Below, piece by piece: positions 40,801 through 55,800 of a DNA stretch of 64,000 nucleotides. The stretch comes from Eledone cirrhosa. Lineage: Eukaryota. Where the stretch lies: NCBI GenBank assembly GCA_964016885.1, contig OZ024741.1, forward strand, positions 306,528,001-306,592,000, in the 5' to 3' direction. Positions within the stretch are counted from its first letter, which is position 1; the number at the start of each line of letters is the position of its first letter. The position numbers were made by a program, and so were the translations under genes. Below the pieces are notes generated by a model. It was not told the DNA's origin, searched no databases, and saw only the letters and a list, made by a program, of their open reading frames with translations.

Positions 40801-43800
40801 GGATTTTAAATGACAATGATAAAGACAGCAACACAAACTTCAGATCTTATTCTTAGTTGTATATGAATACACGACTCAAACTTTTCTTCGCTTACATACA
40901 CACATACTACTATGAGTGTGTGTGTATGAGTATGTGTGTGCTTATATAATCTGCAACAGACATATATTTAACTATTCACTTAAAGTTGATAAAATAAGGT
41001 AAGAACTTACATTTTGTGGTGGAACATGAAGTTTCTTGACATTTGACTTCCCCCATCCTTGAGCAGCTACATTTATCACACCCATTAACACCCATGAACA
41101 TTACACCTGCTTTGTATGTGATACCTTGATACACACATGTCACTGCTGCAAATAAAAAAATATGTGCCGGATTAACAAATAAATGCTGTATTGTATGGAA
41201 GGAAAGGAAAAGGACCTGATGTTCTGACTCTGTTAATTCATGACCTTTGTATTATATGAAACAATGAAATTCTACTATTGTCATACATTCACCAAAGACA
41301 GAACTTTCATTGCAAAGGTAGCTGAATGTAAATTCAAACCATCTTCAATAATCAGAGGCAGTAGCTGGGTATTTAGTATCCTAGTCTAGCTCTACAAGAT
41401 GTGTCCCTTTCTCTTCATTATGAACCTCATCTTCACAAATAATTTCACACTACAGTTTTGTAAACAGTTTTGTACATCAGGGTTCGGTCCTCAGCCCGCT
41501 CTTGTTCATTATAGTCCTCCAAGCCATAACAGAGGAGTTTAAGACTGGCTGTCCATGGGAACTTCTCTATGCTGACGATCTGGCTCTTATGGCAAAATCA
41601 GTAGAGGAGCTAGAGAATAAATTCTGGCTATGGAAACAGCAGTTGGAAGCAAGAGGACTGAGAGTAAATCTAGCTAAGACAAAAGTGTTGATGAGTAGAA
41701 AAGAGGACAAAACCCTGATTCCGTCAGGGAAATGGCCATGTTCGATATGCAGAAAAGGAACTGGCATAAATTCTATAAAATGCACACAATGTAGGTCCTG
41801 GGTACACAAGAGATGTAGCGGGATAGCAGGCAAACTAACAAGTAGGGAGAAATATGTATGCAGTAGATGTACAGGGAAGTTAGACAGTAGAAGTCGCACT
41901 GATAGACACATTTTTCAAATGCGAGAGGGCGCTATAGAAGTGGTGGATAGCTTCTGGTACCTAGGAGATCAGATTAGCATGGGAGGAGGGTGTTCCGAGG
42001 CCATAGTATCTAGAATAAGGACGGGTTGGAAGAAGTTTAGGGAGCTGCTTCCTCTGTTGACGAAGAAGGGTTTCTCCCTGCGTACGAAAGGCCGGTTGTA
42101 TGATGCCTGTGTGAGGAGCGCGATGCTGCATGGTAGTGAGACATGGGCAGCTACCGCAGAAGATATGCGACGGCTGGAGAGAAATGAGGCAAGCATGCTC
42201 CGTTGGATGTGCAGTGTAAATGTGCGTGAACGACCCAGCATAAATGTGTTGAGAGAGAAACTGTGTCTGAGAGGGATAGAATGTAGTGTACGGGAGAGGA
42301 GACTGAGGTGGTATGGACACGTGATGCGCATGGAGGATGACCGATGGGTGAAGAAGTGCCAGGAAATGCCAGTTGAAGGAAGACGTGGTAGAGGTAGACC
42401 ACGAAAAACATGGGCGGAGGTGGTGAGAACAGACCTCAGATCATTGAAGCTCACGGTGGAGATGACGAGGGACCGTGACAAGTGGAGAGATGCTGTGCTG
42501 AATAAGACCCGTCCCACCCTTGCAAGCATGGAAAAGCGGACGTAAAATGATGATGATGATGATGATGATGATGGATTCAGAATTTGGACTGACATCTCAA
42601 GAAAACCATATAGCCTCAAAGGAAACTTTACAAAGAATTAATTATTAGTGTCATGAAAGGTCTCAGACTCAGACTCAGAAGCTCCCACGTCTTGCGACGC
42701 ATGAGACAATCATAGTGTTCCACCGCGTTCGGTCAGCAGCCAGTTGCAAAGGTCTACTGACACAAAATGATTGCTCCACAATTTCTTTGATTTTCAATTT
42801 TGAGCATACCATACACAATCTGTACTCCCCTTACTATCTAGGACTTTACATTGATGAAGCCAACCAGGTAATATGGGGAATATATTAAGTTAAATTAAAT
42901 CTAAGCTGAACTATATATATATATATGTATAATAATGAGTTAACGGATCCAGCATATTTATCAATGCCAGGACCGGTGTATATTTCAGCGTACTCAATAG
43001 ATAATGTAGGATACATTCCCAGAGTATACACATAGTTATTCGCTTCAATACAACACACTTCAAACGGGGGCCTATAGTAGATCCTGGACTCAAGTTTTGG
43101 CCACACTTAATGCAGCAGTAGGGTGCACTGCACCCTCTGTCTGCATATATTATGCAACAATGCATAATCGGTGTATGTGGTTTCATCAGCGGGTATCGTC
43201 TAATCAATAACCAATCGATCGACAGAATCCAGTCATATATATATATATAGTGTGAATAACGATTAAAACATAGTTGGTATTTGGAATTACATGGTGGATT
43301 ATTATAATAATTGTTTCTATATTTGCCACAAGGCCAGCAACTGGTACTTTACTTGACTGACTCCCATCAGGATGAATTGCAAAGCTAATCTGGGCAGAAT
43401 TTGAGATCAGAATGGAGAGGGCCATAACTCTATGCTGCAAAGCATGGCATCCGACCATCTACATATACTCCCAATACATTTTTATAATGATATCTAATTA
43501 TAATGATATCTAATCCAATCGGCATTTTAATAATGATATTTAATTAAGACACAAGACCAGTAAATTTGGGGAAAAGGCAAAGTTCATTGAATGAATCTCA
43601 ATATTTGACTGATTACTCCAGGGGTATGAAAGGGAAAGTTGACCTAAGTGATATGTAAACTCAAATCTTATGAGCCAGAACTTATACCGCAACAGTATTT
43701 TATCTAATGCTCTACCAATTCTGCCAATCCACTACACTAATCATTGTTGGTGGATTGGCAGTATCGGTAGAGGGTCGGATGTCATGCTTTCCAGCATAGT

Positions 43801-46800
43801 TACGTCCCTTTACGATCTGAGTTCAAATCCCACCGAGGTTGCCTTTGCCTTTTATCCTTACGGGGTCGATAATATAAAGTACCAGTAATGCACTGGGTAA
43901 TTGCTGGCCTTGTGCCTAAAGTAGAAACAATTATTATAATAATACAATTTGTATTATCCATTAAGCATTTACATTACACTACATCTATTAGTATATTTTC
44001 ATGGTAAAGGCTTTACCTCACATAATTATCTCACATAATATCGAATCTATGAGATTTTGATATTTATTTTGAGAACAATAACTTAACATCAGTCAAAGCA
44101 GCCAGTTACAGCCAGTTTGAACAGGAAATGGTGAGAGAATTCTGGCCAGACACACCTAGTTTAAATGCCAAAGGGTTAAACATACATATATTATAAGTAT
44201 ACCTTCACATGTACAATCAAATAACCAAATGATTTGTTCTGCAGTCTCGCATATAATTCAAATTGAATATTCTAAAGTTAAAATGTGTGATGGTGGTTAC
44301 TGACGGACAGGTATCTTGGTGATGGACACATTTTCCAAATTCCCACATCCTATTCATCATCATCATCATCATCATCACCGTTTTACGTCCGTTCTTCCAC
44401 GCTAGCATGGGTTAGACGGGTTGTCCTGTTGTGGGCAGTGTCTGGTCGGTTGACCATGCCTTGCTCATACAGGAACTGATCTGGCTTGATTTCTACAGCT
44501 GGATGCCCTTCCTAACACCAACCTCATTTACAGTGAGTGCTAGGTGCTTTTTCGTGGCGCCTACACGTCCACTTTACAGTGTGGGCTGGGTGCTTTTTTG
44601 CCGTGGCACCTCCACAACCACCTTTCGGTGGGTGGTGTGGGGGCATATGTTTAAGTAAATTCTTAACCACTAAGAGGATATCCATACCTCCATTCCAATA
44701 CAAAACCTGGGCAGTTGCTCAATCACTCAACATTCACACATACCATTTCCTCATAAAAATTACTCTATACACTAATCTATATATATAAAACAGAGGATGT
44801 CTGTGTGTCTGTTTCCCTATAACTCAAGAAGTACCCAATCGGTTTTTTTCAAACTTTATACATGTAACTCGTATGACCCTGGAAGTGTTTTGAGCAAAAA
44901 ATATTTCAAATTTTCAATGCCCTAGGGACCGCGTTAGGCGATTTAGCGATCTCTTTCTGTTTCTCTTAGTCTTTCTCTTTTTAGATAGATACATAGATAT
45001 GACGTCGCGCCTTCATAATATCTGTCTGTATGCCTAACTGTCTGCATTACGTCATTATGACGCGATCAGTGTGTGTGTGCGTATATATTCTTATGCCAGC
45101 GAACGTCTTCACGAACCAAAGTATCGTCTTCCTGTTTTCCAGATTTATTTTTTTAGTTTAAGAAGATCCCGTTAAGGTTGAAAGCAGCGATTCTTTGCTT
45201 AAACATTAATATGTTATTTTAATATAGATATTCGTGTACAGATATTTTTGCATACACAAAAACAAAATATAAACAAACAAGGCCAAATATTACATCAATT
45301 AGTCTTAGTGTATGTACTTCATACTGCTTTTAGGTAGAATATCCCGTTAAGGGTGAAAGCAGTGATTCTTTGCTTAAACTTTAGTCTGTTATTTTAATAT
45401 ATATATATATATATATAATTATATATTTATGGACATATATTTTTGCATACACAATAACAAAATATGAACAAACGTATTAATTTCACGAGGTTCGATAAGG
45501 ATAAATATATATCAAATATATAAGAACCCTATAGCAAATCCCAAGCAACGCCGGGGCCATTCTGCTAGTAACATGATACAATACACTCAATAAACTTTGT
45601 GAATTTTAGGAATGTACAGGATCAAGATTCTGCCCTCAGCACCACTTTGAGGACAATGGCCCAATTGTGTGCTGGTATGGTCTGTGATAACTCATCCAAC
45701 CTATGTTAGCATGGAAAAGTGGATTTTAAATGACAATGATAAAGACAGCAACACAAACTTGAGATCTTATTCTTAGTTGTATATGAATGCACTACTCAAA
45801 CTTTTCTTCGCTTACATACACACATACTACTATGAGTGTGTGTGTATGAGTATGTGTGTGCTTATATAATCTGCAACAGACATATATTTAACTGTTCACT
45901 GAAAGCTGATAAAATAAGGCAAGAACTTACATTTTGTGGTGGAACATGAAGTTTCTTGACAAGTGACTTTCCCCATCCTTGAGCAGCTACATTTATCACA
46001 GCCATTAATACTCATGAACATTACACCTGCTTTGTATGTGATACCTTGATACACACATGTCACTGCTGCAAATAAAAAAAAAAATGAGCCAGATTAACAA
46101 ATAAAGGCTGTATTGTATGGAAGGAAAGGAAAAGGACCTGATGTTCTGACTGTTAATTCATGACCTTTGTATTATATGAAACAATGAAATTCTACTATTG
46201 TTATATATTCACCAAAGACAGAATTCTCATTGCAAAGGTAGCTGAATGTAAATTCAAACCATCTTCAATAATCAGAAGCAGTACTTGGGTATTTAGTATC
46301 CTAGTTTAGTAAACTGATGGACTCAATTTTGGACTGAAATCTCAAGAAAACCATATAGCCTCAAAGGAAACTTTACAAAGAATTAATTATTAGTGTCATG
46401 AAAGGTCTACTGACACAAAATGATTGCTCAACAATTTCTTTGCTTTTCAACTTTAAGCATACCATAGACAATCTGTACTCCCCTTACTATGTAGACCTTT
46501 ACATTGATGAAACCAACCAGGAAATATGCGGAATATACGAAGTTAAATTAAATCTAAGCTGAACTATATATATATATACAGAGTGAATAACTATTAAAAC
46601 ATACTTGGTATTTGGAGTCACATGGTGGATTATTATAATAATTGTTTCTATATTTGCCACAAGGCCAGCATTTATCCCAGTCCATTCATGGTACTTTATT
46701 TGACTGACTCCCATCAGGATGAAATGCAAAGTTAATATGGGCAGAATTTGAGCTCAGAATGTAAAGGGCCACAACTCTATGCTGCAAAGCATGGCGTCCG

Positions 46801-49800
46801 ACGCTCTACTAATACTGCCAATACATCAGCATTTTTATAATTGTTTCTATTTTAGGCACAAGGCCAGCAAAAACCCAGTACATTACTGGTACTTTATTTT
46901 ATCGACACCGTAAGGATGAAAAGCAAAGTTAACCTCGGCGGGATTTGAACTCAGATCATAAAGGGACGTAACTATGCTTCAAAGCATGGTGTCCGACTCT
47001 CTACCGATACTGCCAATCCAAATAATGATGTCTAATTAAGACACAAGACCAGTAAATTTGGAGGGAAAGGCAAAGTACATTGAATGAATCTCAATATTTG
47101 ACTAATTACTTTATTTCATCAACTCCAGGAGTAAGAAAGGGAAAGTTGCCCTAAGTGATATGTAAACTCAAATCTTATGAGCCAGAATTTATACTGCAAC
47201 AGCATTTTATCTGATGCTCTATCAATTCTGCCAATCCACTGCACTAATCATTATTATAATAATAGAATTTGTATTATCCTTTAAGCATTTACATTACACT
47301 ACATCTATTAGTATATTTTCACAGTAAAGGCTTTACCTCACATAATTATCTCACATAAAATAAAATCTTTGATATTTTGATATTCTTTATTTTGAGAACA
47401 ATAACTTAACATCAGTCAAAGCAGCCAGTCACAGCCAGTTTGAACAGAAAGTGGTGAGAGAAATCTGGCCGGACACACCTAGTTTAAATGCCAAAGGGTT
47501 AAACATACATATATTATGAGTATACCTTCACATGTACAATCAAATAACCAAATGATTTGTTCTGCAGTCTCGTGCATAATTCAAATTGAATATTCTAAAG
47601 TTAAAATGTGTGATGGTGGTTACTGACGGACAGGTATCTGGTGATGGACAAAATTTCCAAATGACCACATCCCATTGTTTAAGTAAATTCTTAACCACTA
47701 AGAGCACATCCATACCGCCATTCCACTACAAAACCTAGGCACTTGCTCAATCACTCAACATTCACACTTACCATTTCCTCATAAACATTACTCTATACAC
47801 TAATAACATGATAAAATACACTCAATACACTTTTAAATTGTAGGAATGTACAGGATCAAGATACTGCCCTCCGCCCCTCTGTGAGGACAATGGCCCAATT
47901 GCGTGCTGATAAGGCCTGTGATAACTCATCTAATCTATGTTAGCATGAAAAGTGGATTTTAAATGACAATGATAAAGACAGCAACACAAACTTCAGATCT
48001 TATTCTTAGTTGTATATGAATACACTACTCAAACTTTTCTTCATTTAAATACACACACACTACTATGAGAGTGTGTGTGTATGAGTATGTGTGTGTTTAT
48101 ATAATCTGAAACAGACATATATTTAACTGTTCACCTAAAGTTGATAAAATAAGGTAAGAACTTACAATTTGTGGTGGAACATGAAGTTTCGTGACAAGTG
48201 ACTTTCCCCATCCTTGAGCAGCTACATTTATCACAGCCATTAAAACTCATGAACATTACACCTGCTTTGTATGTGATACCTTGATACACACATGTCACTG
48301 CTGCAAATAAAAAAAATGAGCCAGATTAACAAATTAAGACTGTATTGTATGGAAGGAAAGGAAAAGAACCTGATGTTCTGACTCTGTTAATTCATGACCT
48401 TTGTATTATATGAAACAATGAACTTCTAGTATTGTCATACATTCACCAAAGACAGAACTTTCATTGCAAATGTAGCTGAATGTAAATTCAAACCATCTTC
48501 AATAATCAGAGACAGTAGCGGAGTATTTAGTATCCTAGACTAGCTCTACAACATGTGTCCCTTTTTCTTCGTCGTGGACCTCATTTTCACAAATATAATA
48601 ATTTCATACTACAGTTTAGTAAACTGACGGATTCAGAATTTGGACTGAAATCTCAAGAAAACCATATAGCATGAAAGAAAACTTTACAAAGAATTAATTA
48701 TTAGTGTCACAAAAGGTCTACTGACAGAAAATGTTTGCTCCACAATTTCTTTGTCTTTCAACTTTAAATTCTTCCTCCTCCAAATTTTAAGCATAACAGA
48801 GATAATCTGTACCCCCCTTACTATGTAGGCCTTTGTATTGATGAAGCTAAGCACGTAATATGAGGAAAATATTAAGCTAAATTAAATCTAGGCTGAAATA
48901 TTGATATATACAGTGTGAATAATTATTAAAACATATTTGGTATTTGGAATCACATGCTGGATTATTATAATAATTGTTTCTATTTTTGGCGCAAGGCCAG
49001 CAATTATCCTACTGCATTCATGGTACTTTATTTTATCGATGCCTGTATGGATAAAGGCAAATTTAACCTCAGAGGTATTTGAACTCAGAACGTAACGGGC
49101 CGTAACTCTATGCTGCAAAGCATGATGTCCGACTCTACCGATACTGCCAATACATAGCCATTATAAAAATGATTTCTTGTATAGATTCAAGGCCAGTAAT
49201 TTGGGGGGAGGGGAAACTTGATTAAATGGCCCCCTGTATGTTACTGGTGCTTCATTTTATCGACACTGCAAGGATGAAAGGCAAAGGTCAGTAAGTTTTG
49301 GAGAAAAGGCAAAGTACATTCAATCAATCTCAATATTTAACTGATTCATTATTTCATCAACTCCAGATTATGAAAGGAAAAGTTGACCTAAGCTATATGT
49401 AAACTCAAATCTTCAGAGCCAGTCAAAGCAGCCGGTTACAGCGAGTTTGAACAGAAAGAGGTGAGAGAATTCTGGCCGGACACACCTAGCTTAAATGCCA
49501 AAGTGTTTAACATACATATATTATAAGTATACCTTCACATGTACAATCAAATAACCAAATGATTTGTTCTGCAGTCTCGTGCATAATTCAAATTGAATAT
49601 TTTAAAGTTAAAATGTGTGATGGTGGTTACTGACGGACAGGTATCTGGTGATGGACAAAATTTCCAAATGCCCACATCCCATTGTTTAAGTAAATTCTTA
49701 ACCACTAAGAGTATACCGATACCTCCATTCCCCTACAAAACCTACGCAGTTGCTCAATCACTCAACATTCACACTTACCATTTTCTCATAAATATTACTC

Positions 49801-52800
49801 TTTACACTAATAACATGATAAAATACACTTGTAGCGAATAAGTCAGTTGTAACAGATAAGTGAATAGATAGAATTGTTGGTATTATGGTTTCAATGCAAA
49901 GAATAATACCAGGATTGTGTTGTTACAAAGTTTATTTATTATAACAATATTCAATTTGAATATTGAATGATAAAATTTATAACATGAAATATTCGTACAA
50001 TAATTTGGTGGCTCTCTGAGCCACGTAAATGCAAGTATCACAGAATATGATTATAATATAATTTGTAAAGCATCCGAAAGATACAACGTGAATAAACAGA
50101 AATGGTGTGTTTGAAGATAATTTGTATTGTATCTGAAAGATACAATGTGACGGAAATGGCATGCATAAAAATGCAAGCAGTGTGAACTTACTGTGTGTGC
50201 GTGTGTGCGTATTAGTATACTCTCTTGTTTTAGCAGTAGTAGTAATCACTCAGCCAGGCGTGTTAGGCGTGTGAGAAATAGTGGACAGACGTTTTTCGTA
50301 AAGAGAGATTTGATAGAGTAGGTGAAATGTCCGTTCTTGTCTGTGGTAACACTTTTTCTGCCGGGGTGTAAACAATCCCTGTATTTATAACGGTTGAAGT
50401 TAGAAGGATCGATATATCCTCTGACCTTTGGTTAGAATCTCCCAAGGGGTTGGTCTGCCAGGCGTAAACAACTTAGAAGGATGATATATCTGACCTCTTT
50501 TTTTGCCAGACATAAACAACATCTGACCTGTGTTTAGCATCTCCCAAGAGGTTGGTCTACCGGGCGTAAACAACTAACCACGGCTTGTCCCAGAGGCGGG
50601 AAAGCTCAGATTTGGTTTTGAATCTGCGCTGCCGTTATACACTCAATACACTTTGTAAATTGTAGGAATGCCCTCAGCCCCTCTTTGAGGACAATGGCCC
50701 AATTGTGTGCTGACATGGTCTGTGATAACTCATCTAATCTATGCTAGCATGGAAAAGTGGATTTTAAATGACAACGATGATAACAGCAACACAAACTTGA
50801 GATCTTATTCTTAGTTGTATATGAATACACTACTGAAACATTTCTTCGCTTACATACACACATACTAATATGAGTGTGTGTGTATGAGTATGTGTGTGTT
50901 TATATAATCTGCAACAGACATATTTTTAAGTGTTCACTGAAAGCTGATAAAATAAGGTAAGAACTTACCTTGTGATGTGGAACATAAACTTTTCTGACAA
51001 GAGACTTTCCCCATCCTTGAGCAGCTACATTTATCACAGCCATTAACACTTATGAACATTACACCTGCTTTGTATGTGACACCTTCGTACTCACATGTCA
51101 CTGCAGCTAATAAAAAAAAAATGAGCCAGATTAACAAATTAAGGCTGTATTATATGGAAGGAAAGGGGAAGGACCTGACGTTCTGACTCTGTTAATTCAT
51201 GACCTTTGTATTATATGAAACAATGTTAGTATATTTTCATGGTAAAGGCTTTACCTCACATAATTATCTCACATAATATCGAATCTATGTGATTTTGATA
51301 TTATTTATTTTGAGAACAATACCTCAATATCAGTCTAAGTGCCCAGTTACAGCCAGGTTGAACAGAAAGAGATGAGATAATTCTGGCTGGACGCAGCTGA
51401 TTTAAATGCTAAAAGGTTAAACATACATATATTATGAGAATACATTCACATGTACAATCAAATAACCGAACAATTTGCTCTGCAGTCTTGTGCATAATTC
51501 AAATTGAATATTCTAAAGTTAAAATGTGTGATGGTGGTTACTGATGTACAAGAAAATTAACGAGGGACAAATTTCCCAAATGACCAGATCCCATTGTTTA
51601 ACTAAACTCTTAGCCACAAAAAGAATATCCATACCTCCATTCCACTACAAAACCTAAGCAGTTGCTCAACATACACACCTACCATTTCCTCATAAACATT
51701 ACTCTATACACTAATAAGATGATAAAATACACTCAATACACTTTGTAAACTGTAGGAATGTACAGGATCAAGATGTTTCCCTCAGCCCCTCTTTGAGGAC
51801 AATGGCCCAATTGTGTGCTGACATGGTCTGTGACACAACCTATGTTAGCATGGAAAAGTAGATTTTAAATGACAATGATGGTGACAGCAACACAAACATA
51901 AGATCTTATTCTTAGTTGAATATGAATACACTACTCAAACTTTTCTTCATTTACATACATGGCCTATACGGACAATGCAGGCTATGTACAGTGGAGCTGT
52001 GAGTAAAGTGAGAGTAGGAATGGAGTTTAATGAGGAATTTCAGAAACAAGCAGATGTTCATCAGGGTTCGGTCTTCAGCCCACTCTTATTCATTACAGTT
52101 CTCCAATCCATAATAGAAGAGTTTAAGATTGGCTGCTCATGAGAACTTCTCTATGCTGATAAACTGGTACTTATAGCAGAATCAGTAGAGGAACTAGAGA
52201 ATAAATTCTGGCTGTGGAAACAGCTGTTGGAATCAAGAGGACTGAGAGCGAATCTAACAAAGACTTAAGTGTTGATAAGTAGGAAAGAGGACAAAACTCT
52301 GATTTCATCAGGGAAATGGTCATGTTCGATATGTAGAAAAGGAGTTGGCATAAACTCTATAGAATGTACAGAATGCAGATCTTGGGTACACAAGAGATGT
52401 AGTGAGATAGCAGTCAAACTAATAGGAAGGAAAAACTTCATATGCAGTAGATGTGTAGGGAAATTTGATAGTAGAAGTGTCAGTGATAGGCACATTTTTC
52501 AAATGCAGGTAGGATCTATAGAAGTGGTTGATAGCTTTCAATAGCTAGGTGATCAGATTAGCAAGGGAGGAGGGTGCTCCGAGGTCACAGTATCTAGAAT
52601 AAGGACGGGTTGGAAGAAGTTTAAGGAGCTGCTTTCTCTGTTGACAATGAGGGGTTTCTCCAAACAAACAAAAGGTCGGTTATATGATGCCTGTGTGAGA
52701 TGCATGATGCTGCAAGGTAATGAGAAATGGGCAACAACTTCGGAGGATATGCGACCGCTGGAGAGAAATGAAGCAAGCATGCTCCGATGGATGTGCAATG

Positions 52801-55800
52801 TCAATGTACGTGAACGACCAGGCATAGATGAGTTGAGAGTGAAAATGTGCATAAGAGTTATGAACTGTAGTGTGTGGGAGAGAAGACTGCATTGATATGG
52901 CCATGTGATGCACATGGAAGATGACTGTTGGGTGAAGAAGTGCCGAGAAATCCCAGTGGAAAGAAGACGCAGTAAAGGAAGACCATGAAAAACATGGGCA
53001 GTAGTGGTGAGACCTGAGCTCAGATCACAGAAGCTCAATGAGGAGATGATGAAGGAACTTTACGAATGGAGAGATGCTATACTGAAAAGACCCGTCACAC
53101 CCTTGCAAGAAAGTGTGTGTCTGTGTATGAATATGTATGTGTTTATATAATCTGCAACAGACGTATATTTAACTATTCACTGAAAGTTGATAAAATAAGA
53201 TAAGAACTTACAATTTGGGGAGGTACAAGAACTTTCCTGACAAGACACTTTCCCTGTCCTTGAGCAGCTACATTTATCACAGCCATTAACACTCAAGAAC
53301 ATTACACCTGCTTTGTATGTGATACCTTGATACACACATGTCACTGCGTCAAATAATAAAAAAATGAGCCAGATTAACAAATTAAGGTTTAAGAAATATG
53401 GAAGGAAAGGAAAAGGATCTTAACTCCTAATGGAACACACATCCCTCTTTAGGTATGAACACAGCTAATTTTGTCCCGAGAAGAGTGAGAGAAAGATAAG
53501 GAAATGTAGAAATATAGAAAATTGAGTCCAGTACTAGAGTGGTACTTTATTTATCAACCACAAAGAATCCCTAAAGATGAAAGGCAAAGTTGAACTTAAG
53601 AGGATTTGAACACAGACCACAGTGAGTCAGAAAAAATACAAGGGTATTTAATCTGATATTCTGACTCTGTTAATTCATGACCTTTGTATAATATGAAACA
53701 ATGAAATTCTACTATTGTATTCTACTATTGTTTTCATTGCAAAGGTAGCTGAAAGCACGCATTTTCACAAATGAAATATCAACAAAACAATATAGCATCA
53801 AAGAAAACTTTACAAAGAATTAATTATTAGTGTCACAAAATGTCTACTAACACAAAATGATTGCTCCAAAATTTCTTTGTTTTTCAACTTTAAATTATTC
53901 CTCCTCCAAACTTTAAGCATACCACAGGCAATCTGTACTCCCCTTACTATGTAGGCTTTTGTATTGATGAAGCCAACCAGGTAATATGAGGAAAATATTA
54001 AGTTAAATTAAATCTAGGCTGAAATGTTGATATATACAGAGTGAATGTCTATTAAAACATACTTGATATTTTGAATCCCATAGTGGATTATTATAATAAT
54101 TGTTTCTACGTTTGTCACAAGGCCAGCAATTATCCCAGTGTATTACTGGTATTTTATTTTATTGACCCTGCAAGTTATGAAAGGCAAAGTTAACCTCGGC
54201 GTTATTTGAACTCACAACGTGAATGGCCGTAACTCTATGCTGCAAAGCATTGTGTCCGACCCTCTACTGATACTGCCAATCCACCGCCATTATAATAATT
54301 GTTTCTACTTTTGGCACAAGACCAGCAATTACCCAGTACATTACTGGTACTTTATTTCATCGACCCCGTAAGGATGAAAGGCAAAGTTGACCTCGGCAGG
54401 ATTTGAACTCAGAATGGAAAGGGCCGTAATTCTATGCGACAAAGCATGACGTCCGACCCTCTACCGATACTGCCAATCCACCGCCATTATAATAGTGATA
54501 TCTAATTAAGACCCAGGACCAGTAAATTTTGGGAAAATGCAAAGTTCATTGAATGAATCTCAATATTTGACTGACTACTCCAGGGGTATGAAGAGGGAAA
54601 GTTGACCTAAGCGAAATGTAAACTCAAATCTTCAGAGCCATAATATATACCGCAACAGCATTTTATCTGATGCGCAATCAATTCTGCCAATCCACTACAC
54701 TAATAATTATTATAATAATACAATTTGTACCTGAAACATTTACATTACTCTACATCTGCTATTATATCATTTATCATTTCATTTCATTTTACGTCCGCTT
54801 TTTCCCTGCTTGCAAGGGTGGGACGGGAACTGATTCTGGCTTGATTTCTACGGCAGGATGCCCTTCCTAACACCAACCTCATTTACAGTGAGTGCAGGGT
54901 GCTTTTTTGCAATGGCACTTCCACCACCACTTTGCAGTGGAATGATAGGGACCTCAGTCCTTATCATCTCACTTCTACAGCTGAGTAAACTGGAGCAATG
55001 TGAAATAAAGTGTCTTGCTCAAGGAAACAACACACATTATATATTCATGGTAAAGGCTTTACCTCACACAATTATCTCACATAACATTATAAGTATACCT
55101 TTACATGTAGAATAAAATAAACTCATTTGTTCGGCCATCTCACGCATAATTCAAATTGAATATTCTAAAGTTAGAAAATGTGATGGTGGTTACTGACAGA
55201 CAGCAATCAAGCCGATGCACAAATTTCACAAATGACCACATCCCATTGTTTAACTAAACTCTTAAGCACTAAGACCATATCTGTAACGAAGGGTATTAGT
55301 GGTTGTTGTTACATGAAATAACAAAAATAGCTGATTTACTTAATATATAAAAAGGTTTACTTCACTTCAGTCAAAAAGAACAATAAACAAGTTACCACGA
55401 GTCGCGAAGGTTGACGATGTTATTTCGTTGTTGGTTCATGAGGCTGGTGTGAGAGAGAGTAATGGTCTGTAGTTGTCTGTAGACCTCAGCAGCCTGTAGG
55501 TAGCAGTGAATCTTTACATAGCATGTAATAGCGTACTGCTCCGATCTCTCTGTGTCAGACGTGGGATGATACAGGCTTTATATAGCTGATGTTTTCTGTC
55601 CTTTGCCTTGAGGGATCGCCCATGTATGAACCTGTCTATACCGAAAAGGATGGTGACCTAGAATTTGACTTTTAGGCATCACCCAGGGTTCAAGGCGTGG
55701 ACAGATTTCACTACATATCCATACCTCAATTCCACTACAAATCTAGGCCATTGCTCCATCACTCAAAATACACTCCTACCATCTCCTCATAAACATTACT

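Noticed and set aside
41969-42619. Long antisense ORFs over RTE copies (also 36427-36873 and 29781-30269)
   Set aside because: Shadow frames of the RT coding strand with no independent support.
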